Origin: Eledone cirrhosa
Taxonomy: Eukaryota
Assembly: GCA_964016885.1 (NCBI GenBank)
Contig: OZ024740.1
Coordinates: forward strand, 171,368,001 to 171,432,000
Length of the DNA stretch: 64,000 nucleotides
Direction of reading: 5' to 3'
In this document: piece after piece, positions 26,506 to 38,374 of the stretch
Layout of the letters: each line of letters opens with the position of its first letter
Numbering within the stretch: the stretch's first letter is position 1
The notes under the pieces: generated by a model
Database searches by the model: none
Seen by the model: the letters and a program-made list of their open reading frames with translations, nothing else
Told to the model about the DNA's origin: nothing
Program-made: the position numbers and the translations under genes

Positions 26506-29500
26506 CAGGCAGTAGAAGATCTAGTAATTATCATATTTTTACTGTACAAACCATCAATAATAACGATGATGACAATTTCTAATATAGGCACAAGGCCAGT
26601 AATTTGTGGTGAGGGGAAAGTCAATTATATCGACTTGACTGCTACTTTATTTTATCGACCTTAGAAGGATGAAAGGCACAGTTGACCTCGGCGGGGGTTG
26701 AACTCAGAACATTTAAAAAAATGGAAACAAATACCATGACAAAGCGATTTCACATCATATATCCAGCTGTATTACTTCTAACATCTGGATCTTTTTAGAT
26801 TTTTCCACTATTTAAGGTTTTTAATTTCCTGCGATTATGTAAAAAAAAAAAAAAAAAAACCTTTAAGGGAGAATCGGTAAAGATTACGAAGTTCTCTTTG
26901 ACTTCAAGAAGATATGATGTCTAGTGTAGTTTTTCGTTTGTTTTTAATTTATTGTTGATCTAAAACTAATTAAACAACCCCTTCAGCTTTAGATTTAAAT
27001 TATTAGCTTCTCCTTCCCTTCCTTTTCTTTCTCACGCACCCTTATAATTTTTAAGAATCTAATAGAAAAAAGTTTTCTTGTGTATTTAAAAGGGGTACTT
27101 ATTCCTTTCTCCCTTCTAAATGTTCAACTACATCTGTCAGAACCTTCTTATATTTCACTGAAGAATGCCTTTTCTCTTTGTTTAACTGGGAAGACTTTGC
27201 CCCCCCCCCCTTTCGGTACTACTGCAATAATAAAAGTATACTTAGCTGTGTTATGTTGTAGTAACTAACAGTACAGAAATAACTATATCTCCCCCTTCTT
27301 CATCTCTTCATTCTAATTAATGGTTGCGAGTACCTTAAACCTTAAGCTGACTTTCCCCCCTTCTTTAAATTACACCGAAACACCAGAAAATTCAGAAAGC
27401 TAGATAACAATAGATATTAAAGAACCACAGTATATAAATACCTTTTGCTTTATGTAACTATATTATGTTATTACATAACTACAACAGCTGTGTAACTTAT
27501 AGCACTATTTCTTTTTTTAATTTTATATATATATATATATATATCACTTATGCTACATATTTCATAGTTTGTTTATATCGCAAACATGTGACTCTGCTAA
27601 AGAGAGTACCACTGTTACTAGGCAACTAGTATTATGTAAATTAATCTCTCTTTCTCTCCACCCCCCCCCCCCCCTCCCCCTCTCTGTTTCTCTCTGTATT
27701 CTCACTAACGTTTACCAGTATGACGATAGTAGTAATAATATTGTATCTCACTGCTGACAACACCAACTATTAATTTTATATTTTCTCCTGTGCTTTGTTA
27801 ATTACTCATAGTAGACAAAGTAATTAGTCATATTTCTACTTTTTTTTACTTGTTATTGTACACCATACACCATCTAAGTAGAAGTGTATACAAATAAGCA
27901 GCTATTACTTAAACCAGTGCATTTTACATATTGAAGTTCTGTTAATTATTATTATTTTCTTGTATTTAATTATAACTTAATAGTGTTGGTCTAACCTCAG
28001 GGTAAATCCACTTGGGAGTATCTACAGAGAAATTTCATTGAAAATCCATTCATACAATTTTTACTATCCTCATAAACCAACATAAACTGTTTATACAACA
28101 ATTATAGTTATATGCTAACTGCCAGTTGAGAATAAAGAGCTTTTAAATGGTCATTCGACTTGCTAGAAATAGCAGACAAATCTCTTTCAAATCACATCCT
28201 ACTTTCTTAATGGAATGAATCATGCATTAGATAATGCGGTGCTCGATACACTGTCTGAATTAAAGGGTGGGATAGTCACAGCTGAAACGCCATTGATCAT
28301 AGGTCTGCTCAATCAGAGTTGACCTAGGGATAAACAATAACAAAGGCTCCATCCATGGTTATCAACATAGTATTCCTATAATATTTGTATAGGATGTCAC
28401 AATGGATTCACTTCTAATCCATCAGCACTAGTGAAGAGGGAGTAAACTAGTTTCAATGTTTGTTCATCTCACTTCACTCATCTGTTTAGAATCTGTCTGT
28501 GAGTGAAGTACTTTAAAACTTACATCAGTGAATTAGATTTTAGCACTCAGATCTTATGTTAGTCATTGAAAATGAAAATTAAATTAATTTTACTCGATAT
28601 GGAAGTTTCAGGCTCACTTAGATAGAATGTGTTTGTATTATTATTATTTAGCATTGTTTTGGTTCTTAATATGTTTGTACCTCATATCATTTATGTATAT
28701 ATGTCTTGGATAAATATGCACTTAGTAAACTTCGCTGATTTTCTCTTTCAACACCAGTATGCTATATCATGCAGCTTTATTTTACTTGCACTTTTCCTAC
28801 TACTAAATATTGCTTACTACTACTAAGTATTGCTTACTAGAAATGGTGTTTTAAGCAAGGCAATATTTATTTTCATAGCACTGAGTTTCGGAGAAGATAA
28901 CAGCTAAGAATTAGATGTGTAACTCCCTCAATAACACCTTACAAGGAAAAAGTTAAAAATAGTAATGTGGTCAGTCTTTTAATAACTCAATTAAATTGTC
29001 CTTGTGTCCCCCTGGATCTTTGGGTTATATATGTGATAAAAATGGAAAATTATGAGCTGTGTGAATGGTTAGTTCTATAGATAATACTCAATGTAGAAGT
29101 AGACTGTCATCTGAAATTTATATATAGTTAATAGGGGAAAACTACAAAAGAGCTTGTTTACTTAGATTGTATAATCTATTCAAATATCAGTTATTAAATA
29201 TCTAGCAGCAGTGCCCAGTGTTTCCTTGGTTTATAGAAAGTATCAGAAAAAAAATCAAATAACCTGATTTTTCTCTTAGAAAGAATGTACCCCTATGCAA
29301 AATATCAGCTAAATCAGCTAACTAGATGAACAACTGTGACCTACTACTTGGATCATGCATACATCCATTCAGTTGTATATATTAACTCTTTAACATCCTG
29401 TAATGATTTGGTAGAAAACATCTAAACACAAGTTTGTCAATTCAAATGTATGTAGTATCTTTATAAGAAGACAGATTGTTGTGAAATATGATCAGTATTA

Positions 29501-30010
29501 GGGCAAATGCTTTAATTTTTCAGGTGAAGTCATAATTCTGTTTAGTACTTTTAATGTCTCATATGGTACAAGATATTAAGAGTTAAGATGATGAAGGTTT
29601 TAATAATATTGGTTTCTTATTATAGGTACAAGGCCAGCAATGAAGGTTTTAATAATATTAACAATGGTCATTGGACCAGATGAAAAAATCAATACTTCTA
29701 CAAAAAGATGAAACTGGGAGGATTGGATGTTAAAAACATCCAAGGAGATGCTTAGATTTTTTAAATGGTCTTTAAATATTAATCAACCCTTTTGATACCA
29801 ATCACCCATGGTTCTATAATACGAAGCTGTTTTAAAGTGTTTACATTTATTTTATGTTTGAACCCTTAAGTTATACTCCAAAAATCAGCTTAATAAACCC
29901 TCCAAATTCTTGTTTACATTTGAAAATCCTAGGCATTGTCTTCATCAAAAATATGGTAATGAAAGCATTAATAACTGAAAGTTTCTATAGAATGTTTAGT
30001 TTTATCAATA

Positions 30011-30765
30011 TACCATATATACTCATATATATATATAAGCCGAGAAATATGACAAAAATATTTATGGTAAAGTACAGAGTCAACTTATATTCCGATTTTC
30101 ACCAACTTATATTTCTAGGCCAATAAGGTGCTGAAATATCTGGAATGAGTATTTCACAATGAAACACTTTTTTTCTGAATTTAATACATGGTCATTGGTG
30201 TTATTTATGCATTCTCTTGGAAATAATTCCAAGAAATCTTTTTTAATTTGAAATTTTTTATACATAAATATCACATTCACATACGCTCACACACACCAGC
30301 TGTTTTTCTCTCAATCTTACGTAAGATTGAAATCTTTCTTCTGACTTGTATTTTATTGCTTTTGCTCTCTCACTTACTGTCTTTCCCTCTCTCTTCTACA
30401 CCGTAGGTCCTGAAACAAAGTTCTCTTATTCGGTCTCTTACTTTCAAAGTATTCCCACCATTTAAGTTGCCACAAGTTACAAAAATTTGAGGAACTTGTT
30501 GAATCTATAAAATAGATGAAATAATAAAAAAAAAAGCATTACATAATGAAGTTGTGAAACAAAAACTGCATTCTAAATGATACTTAAAACATTTTCAAAA
30601 TATTAAAACTTCATAAGTATATTTTATACTCATGAGAATTTCAAAACCATGCCATCTAAACATAATGTGTTGATTAGCTGCCTCGGCTTATAAACTGGGT
30701 TTGGTTTTTGCCTATTTCTCAGACATAAAATAGGGGTTTCAGCTTATATTCAAGTATATAGAGTA
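30011..30765. mobile_element. Decayed Tc1/mariner-pogo-type non-autonomous DNA transposon
   Basis: Degenerate TIRs TACCATATATACTC..TATAAGCCGAG / TTCAGCTTATATTCAAGTATATAGAGTA, a subterminal CTCGGCTTATA repeat, and TA ends. Confidence 0.5.
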
Positions 30766-31578
30766 TATGACTATTAGCTGCTGCCGTAATAATGTTTCTA
30801 AATATGTTTTGTGCTTTTTATATCAATCCTTCTATAACATTAAATAAAACAAATCTGTCTCACAAGTTGTCCATAAACAGAACTTCTCTAGGATAAAGAA
30901 GACTGTTGTATAATTAATTAGTCTGATTACCAGTATCGTCTGTGAGTCATTACATCATTGTAATTCTCTTCCAGTCTTCCATTTCATTGTTCTCGTCTCA
31001 GTACTGCCACTCAACTGGTTTCATTTTATTTTATAGCATGCCATTTATTTGAGTTTATATAGCCTCTGGTAAGACTGATTAGACTACCAACTCATTATAA
31101 GTCTTCAGTTTTCAAAACCATTGCTACTGTCAATTTGCTGTAAATTGGCGTAATGGAATGGATTTCTGTCAGTTTCCATGGTGATTGTTCTTGTTCAATC
31201 AATACAACAGCCTGCTCATGAATTCATCATATAAGTGACTGAGCATTCCCCACATATGTACTCTTAAATTAATTCACGAAGATAATCAGTGTAACAAGGC
31301 TGGCCCTTTAAATTTCTGGTGCAGTCCATCCAATGTACCTCCAAACAGTTTTTGTCTACCTAATTTTGGAAGGGGTATCCATTTATCTTCATGTCAGAAA
31401 TGGATACCATATCTGTTTAGTGTATGCATCTGTTTCTTATTTCCAGAATTGACTGTTGGATAGAATGCTTTGTGGTTTTCATTCTGTTTCTCTGCTCTCT
31501 AACTTCAAATGTTGCTGAAATCAACTCTGCCTTTCATCCTTCGAAGTCAATCCAATTCTGCAGTTGATTTTTCCTCAA

Positions 31579-31579
<1 letters not shown>

Positions 31580-31622
<43 letters not shown>
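31580..31622. repeat. (CT)n microsatellite
   Basis: About 21 uninterrupted TC units. Confidence 0.95.
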
Positions 31623-31624
<2 letters not shown>

Positions 31625-31958
31625 AATTTAAAGAGATTACTTTTCACCTACTTAACCCTTTTGCCTTTTTGATAACAACCTGCCTGAAACCACCCCTGCT
31701 TTTACAATTTCAAAATGTTCATTTTTATCTAAAAACCTTTCTGCATAATTGTTAATGCTCCAGACACCAGCTTGATAATGAGAAAGCTAGTTATATCACT
31801 AAATCCATTCAAATTCTTGATTATATTCAAAATTGTTTGAAAATTATGGGCAGTGTCTTTCATTAGGAATATTATAATGAGATAGTTAAAACCAGAAATG
31901 AACACTGATGTATGAGCCTGTTGAACTATTACAGGTCTGTGCAAGTATATATATCAAT

Positions 31959-32266
31959 TCATCATCATCATCATTTCATTTTACGTCCGCTTTTTCCTGC
32001 TTGCAAGGGTGGGGCGGGAACTGATACTGGCTTTATTTATACAGCTGGATGCCCTTCCTAACACCAACCTCATTTACAGTGTGGGCTGGGTACTTTTTTG
32101 CCGTGGCACCTCCACGACCACTTTACACTCTACAGTTGAGTAAACTGGAGCAATGTGAAATAAAGTGTCTTGCTCAAGGAAACAACACATCACCCGGTCT
32201 GAGAATTGAACTCACAACCTTTCGATTGCAAGGCCAACGCTCTAACCACTAAGCCATGTGCCACCA
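31959..32266 (-). mobile_element. Same CORE-type SINE family, internal hairpin region deleted
   Basis: Colinear with 6886-7221. Confidence 0.82.
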
Positions 32267-32292
32267 TATACACACACACACAAAAGCATAAT

Positions 32293-32358
32293 TATTTTAT
32301 TATATATATTTCAAGAGCGACCAAGGTAAATTATGGTGCGCTTTCATCAGATAAAATA
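32293..32358 (-). ncRNA. Minimal type I hammerhead motif (family A), left arm of palindrome
   Basis: Minus strand reads TATTTTAT-CTGATGA-AAGCGCACCA..TGGTCGCTCTT-GAAA-TATATA-TA-ATAAAATA, with a perfect stem I. Confidence 0.7.
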
Positions 32359-32509
32359 CACATTTGTTTTATAAATAAATATTGACATATCCGGAAAAAA
32401 GACAACCTCAACGGTTGAAATTCGATGGATAGTGACTATCCAGCGAATTTCAACCGTTGAGGTTGTCTTTTTTCCGGGTATGTCAATATTTATTTATAAA
32501 ACAAATGTG

Positions 32510-32572
32510 TATTTTATCTGATGAAAGCGCACCATAATTTACCTTGGTCGCCCTTGAAATATATATCAAATA
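32510..32572 (+). ncRNA. Hammerhead motif (family A), right arm of palindrome, stem I damaged
   Basis: TATTTTAT-CTGATGA-AAGCGCACCA..TGGTCGCCCTT-GAAA-TATATA-TC-AAATA. A small deletion in the 3' strand of stem I is visible relative to the mirror copy. Confidence 0.55.
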
Positions 32573-32712
32573 ATTATGGTTTTATAAATATAGTTTCCAT
32601 TTATTAATATATTGTATATTTACTCCACTCATTGTGGAGTGCTTTATACCAGTTATAAAATTTTTTAAGCTTGTTGAATCCCAACAAATTAAATATAACC
32701 TCTGCATATATA

Positions 32713-32756
<44 letters not shown>

Positions 32757-33339
32757 CACAGACCTGTATATGTGGAAAGGATGCGACCACAACCATTTTA
32801 AAGCTTTCTGAAGGCATGTGAAAAATAACTAAGTATTGCATATCATTGAGCAATATATATTGTCAGCATATGTAGACTATTAAAATAGGCACAGAAAGAT
32901 ATGTTAAAACCTATAAATTCTTCTACCTCCTCTCGCCTAAGTCTATATTTTTGGGGGGTACGATATTTGCTTATATATATATATATATGAGCAGTAGTGC
33001 TCAATGTTACTCAGGAGAGAGATGACTCAGTTGGTGGATAATTTATTTGAAGCACAATGCGTGTCCATGTCTGTGTTCTTGCTTTGTCCCATAAAGTAGT
33101 AGTTTGGCAAATAGAGATCAATAAAATAAGTAATAGATTGAAATAAGAACTGGGATTAATATGATGAGTTAAACTCTTGAAGATGCTTTCCCAGTATGAC
33201 TACAGTCCAGTTGAATGACTGAAACCAAATCAGTAAAAGATCTAATTCATTTTTATTGTTATTCTTCATCTGTTTTGTTGATTGTATGTTTGGTAGTAAA
33301 ACATCACCACACTTCATCACCCTTAAACAAGAACAGCAT

Positions 33340-33660
33340 ACAATTAATGCTCTTGCTAGGCCTTACTCTCACTCAGGATATTTCATGGAAAACACACATC
33401 CTAAACAAAGCTAGATCTCCATCTAAAAGACTGGTTCTTTTCTCCAGAGCCAGAAATTACTTCAGCCCAAAACATCTTATCCTTTACAATGCTCAAGTAG
33501 GACCCACAATGGAGTACTGTTACCACATCTGGGGCAATGCTGCTTCCACATCCAGACATGCTCCAGCCTCTAACCCACAGTTGTTGTCTCCTTGCTCCAC
33601 CTTTTCTATGCTACTACAATGGCCTCTTCTAGAATCTAGCTGACCTCATACAACATTCAC
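33340..33660 (+). pseudogene. Decayed CR1/Jockey-type LINE RT C-terminal fragment
   Basis: LLGLTLTQDISWKTHI..LYNAQVGPTMEYCYHIW. Confidence 0.65.
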
Positions 33661-33865
33661 TCAGACATTATTGGCTCATTCATTTTTTCCCCTTTACATG
33701 TCATTTCATGCAGGAATCAACCTGCAGCAATTTAAATTGATCAACAGCTTCAGTCAGAGGGGCCAGTAAAGGTCATGGGTGCAGCCCCTTCCACCAAACC
33801 TATAAAAGAATATAATTACACAAAAATTGGTAATTGAAAGTGAATTAAAAATAATACATGATATG

Positions 33866-33918
<53 letters not shown>

Positions 33919-36897
33919 GTGGTACATGCAAATGAGAATGTTTAATATTACATGTGCATCCACTCTACACAAACATACTTTCATACATGTGTACGTACTA
34001 TATATACATCTTGTCTCTGTTTTTTGTTTGTTTGTTTTTTGAATAAAATAACCTTTGATGTATGGGCATAGTAAGAAAATGTTTTAAAGTGGAGGGAAAG
34101 AGAAATAAATAGCGATAGGAGAAAACGTTCAAGACTGCAGCATCTTTGGGATACAGGGAGAGGATGTGTTGGTAAAGTTGTAAATAGATATCAATAGAGA
34201 AACAGAGAGCGAGCACATGATAAACGAATGGGGGAGAGAACAAAACAAAGAAAAGGTGAAGTTAGATAAAAATGAGAGAGGAAGGAAAAATAGACATACA
34301 CAAACAGAAATATATATTATGAAATATATATTATGATATATACAAATAAATTATCGAGAATCATAATCTCGGCCCACGAAATAACGAAACACAATCTTCG
34401 AAATGCATGGCAAAGGGCTCAATAGTTTGGATAAACCAGAGCTATAACTATCGTTTAAATACCAACACATAGAGACAATGCTTAAAATCATTCGCACAGC
34501 CGAAAAAACGACCAGGAAAATTCGGGTCATACAAATAATAAATTAATAAATTAACATAATAGTAAAAGTATTTTGAAGCATTTCTGGTATTAGTGGACGT
34601 TTTACCTATAACATTAGTTTCATTATATTAAGGTGATATTATCATTAAAAATTTTTTATTTGTTTGATTGGTTATTGTTTTATTTCTATCTTCCAAATAT
34701 TTGGCACATAACTTTGTAGGGTTTCATTACCATAAGGGGAAAATGAAATTGTAAAGATGTAAATATTCTCAATTATATAATTAGCTTGGCTGAGAGAAAT
34801 GGTATATTAGCTATAATATAATTAGAACTTTTTTATCTAAGAAATTCCTGGTGCAATAGTTGAAGGAACAAGTAGTTGACAAAAGTTGTTGTTCTAATTG
34901 TGGTAAATATTTCATGCCAGTCAAAGAAATTCAATAATTTATTGGTTCCCTAGAGTGTTGGAACTGGTCAAGTATCCATCTCCAGCACTATAGCTATTAA
35001 TTGTTCAATGTAATTAATTGTAAGTAGGTACCATGGGGATGTACAGTTCATCACTGTTAAATAACAGAAACTCTATATGGTTAATAAGTATATTTTATGA
35101 GTGAAGGTGCATGGCTTATTGGTAAGGATTTTCAGCTCATGACCACAAGGTTGTGAGTTCGATTCCTGGCAACCTATTGTATCCTTGAGCAAGACACTTT
35201 ATTTCACATTTCTCCAAAACAATGAAATGTCATACCCCATGACATGCTGAATCTTCCAGAGAACTACATTAAGGGTACATGTTGGTGGAATACTCAACTA
35301 CTTTCACGTTAATTTCAAGCTATTCTATTGGTTGAATCAATTGGAACACTTGTTGCCAGTACTAAGAGAGGTCCAACAGCATATTTTGTAAGCTCGCAAT
35401 AAAGCAATAAAAATGAAAATAAACTAAATATTTAATATCATCTCTATAGTGATGATGGATCTTCAAATAGTTTCCACGATGAGCATTCAGTTGTTTGATC
35501 AACTGGACATCCAACACATGTACCCTTAACATAATTCTCAAATGACACAGCTAAGCTTCCACACAGTTTCTGTCTACCCAATTTCCCTCATAGCTTGGGT
35601 TGATCTGAGGTTTTGGCAAAGAAGCTTGCCCAAGATTTCATAAGCTTGCATTAAAGTTTTAGATCTTTGAATAGGCAATGGGAATGTTCTCCAGTGTATT
35701 CTCCCTGGGGTTACTGGAAGACCAATTCTTTTTAAAGCTGCTTTCAACAGCAGTATAAAGCAATGAAAATTAAATACTTTAACTACTTACCCCTTTTCAT
35801 ACCAAACCACTTGAAACTGCCCATGGTTCTACAAGACAAAACTGTTTATTTTAAAGCACTTATATTTAAAAACCATCCATTATAATTTAACATAAGAACC
35901 CCTGTTAAGTTAGGTTTCAAACATCAACTTAATAATGAACAAGTAATGTTACAAAATCCTCCAAACACTTTATCTTTCAAAATTATTTGAAAATTATATG
36001 CAATGTATTTTATTAGGAATATGGTAGTGAAAAGGTTAATGGGTGTGATCTATTTAATAAATTTCATTTGAATCATCATTATTGTTTTTACATCCATGCT
36101 GGCATGGGTTTGGAGGGGATAGTTTGCAACAATGTTTTCCAACTGGATGCCCCTCCTTAAAGAGCTACAGTACACCTATTATTAAAACCAGGATTCATAT
36201 TTTGTATCTATTTAATTTTTTTTTAATATGTATAAAGAATTAACTCTAATTTAGCTTAAAGCAACATATCTTGAATAACTGTAGAACCTCATACGTGCTA
36301 AAGAGTAAATAATATACTAGTTGGTTGGTGCTGTGAATAGCATAAACCATCATAAAGGATCAGTGTAATGTTTTGCTAGTTGGACAAATATTGCGCATGT
36401 GCTGAGAATTCTAAATAGAAAAAGATATTTTACACAAATATTTTAAGGTTATCTACCTTGCTAAAGCAGGGGTTAGCATTGCAGATCCCATGATAAATTG
36501 CATACTTGTCATGGGATCCTTTTCAAAGCAATATTCTACTGCCCTTCCTGGCATCAACTCTTTCAGTTGCTTCTTACAACACGAAGAGATACAGTGGAAC
36601 TATTCTTAACTGGACACAGAACATGTTGGGGAAATGTTCACACTTTTTAATAAAATAACATTCAACTGAAAAAATTATTTATTTAAAAAAATGTTTGTGT
36701 TCATTTATATTATTTATGATAAAAGGGAAGAGAACAAATGTTCTACAATGCTTTCATTCATACCAGTACTATATCAATGGTCTTATCTATCTGCCTATCT
36801 AACTGTGTGTATATCTGTGTGTGTATATATATATTTCTAAAAAAAAAGTGTTCTGTTCCTTCCTCTTCTCACCCTTATCTTTTTATTTCTCATTCTA

Positions 36898-36933
36898 TCT
36901 TCTGATGAAAGACTACTGTCCGAAAAGTTAAGA
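36898..36933 (+). ncRNA. Decayed hammerhead motif (family B)
   Basis: TCTT-CTGATGA-AAGACTACTGTCC-GAAA-AG-TT-AAGA. About 150 bp of flank align by eye with ~25380-25530; substitutions disrupt stems II and III. Confidence 0.5.
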
Positions 36934-37023
36934 CTCTTTTCCTACTATATCAAGCATTAAACTAATATATGTCTTCATTGTACTGTATTGTTTGCCTTGT
37001 TGTTTCCGTGTTTACTTTTTGCA

Positions 37024-37375
37024 TACCTTCGGATCCCACCCAAATAATAATGGGGGTGGAATAAGCAAGGGTGGTTGGAAAATCGGTAATTTTTCTAGGT
37101 TGTCTTCATTGATTTTTTTAAAAAACCTGAATAAGTCATTTAATTTACATAACCCATCCTATTTATTTTATAATATATGGGATTTCTCATAATGTACTTT
37201 TCTTTGTCATGTATAATGTTTTTAAAGTATAAAAAAAAATTTATTGTCGTAGGAATGCTACCAATTAAAATAAAATTTCGCCAGAGATAGATTAGCAAAA
37301 TTTAATAAGCGGAGTTGGGGGGAATCTGAAAAATTAATAAGTGGTGGGGAGATGGTTATTTGAGATTCCAGAGTA
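37024..37375. mobile_element. Possible decayed MITE
   Basis: Weak TIR pair TACCTTCGGATCC..CAAATAA / TTATTTGAGATTCCAGAGTA and repeated TAATAAG(C/T)GG motifs. Confidence 0.3.
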
Positions 37376-38040
37376 CATTGTGTGTGTATATATATATATT
37401 GCAAAACGTAAAGGTAGGACAAACGCACAAACCTAGCTTTTTATTGGTCACCCTCTGGCCCATGCTATTCCATGTAATCTACAAACAGCTTTGTTATTTT
37501 GGTAGAGATTACAATTACTAATAGTTTGGTGGAGAAAACAATTATTAATTATTCTAGCCTTAAAACAATGATTAATATACCAGCTTCTTATGCAGGACTG
37601 AATGCTAACCTAATAGTGAGCCCAAAATATGTAAAAATGAATAAATAAATAAATAAAAATAAAAAATAAACTATTCCAATAGTATTTAGGAAGTCAGAAA
37701 AAACAATTACAAACCTTTCTCTCACCTTAAAATAACTTGTACCTTTTGTTACTACACACTACTTTGACACTAGTCTAAAATTAGATAGATGTACAACTTA
37801 CACACTATATATTCAGCATATTTGTTGTTGTTAGTGATTGATGCAGTACTAATTTAACAAGTTCTATTTATTCTTCATTTCAATTTTAATAATCTAATAA
37901 TCCTTAAATATATATATATATAACTTCTACAGGACTAGAACTGTTTCATTTGTATGAAATCATCAAGAATTGAGTACCTTTTTAACTGTGGTTACCCCTA
38001 ATACAACTCAAGAATCTAAGTGGGTGTGTGTGTATATGTA

Positions 38041-38374
38041 TCATCATCATCATCATCATTTTACGTCCGCTTTTCCCTGCTTGCAAGGGTGGGACGGGAA
38101 CTAATTCTGGCTTGATTTCAACAGCTGGATGCCCTTCCTAACACCAACCTCATTTACAGTGAGTGCTGGGTGCTTTTTTGCCGTGGTGCCTACACGACCA
38201 CTTCGCAGTGGAATGATATGGACCCTATCATCTCATTTCTACAGCTGAGTAAACTGGAGCAATGTGAAATAAAGTGTCTTGCTCAAGAAAACAACACATC
38301 ACCTGGTCTGAGAATTGAACTCGCAACCTTTCGATTGCAAGGCCAATGCTCTAACCACTAAGCCATGTGTCTCC
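38041..38374 (-). mobile_element. Same CORE-type SINE family
   Basis: Colinear with 6886-7221; (CAT)n tail at the left end. Confidence 0.82.

Larger units (their letters stand above)
32287..32578. repeat. ~290-bp near-perfect palindrome carrying two outward-facing hammerhead motifs
   Basis: Centre TGGATAGT-G-ACTATCCA at 32434; the ~145-bp arms are complementary apart from a few changes. Confidence 0.9.

Noticed and set aside
28878-28940. Minus-strand GGAG..CTCC-GAAA-CTCAGT and a similar TTGATGA..GAAA at 37935-37975
   Set aside because: The CUGANGA core is absent or mutated and stem I is unsupported; indistinguishable from chance.
29200-29232. Possible Helitron 3' end (minus strand ..CACTGGGCACTGCTGCTAG)
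   Set aside because: The hairpin is too degenerate and I found no matching 5' end or second copy.
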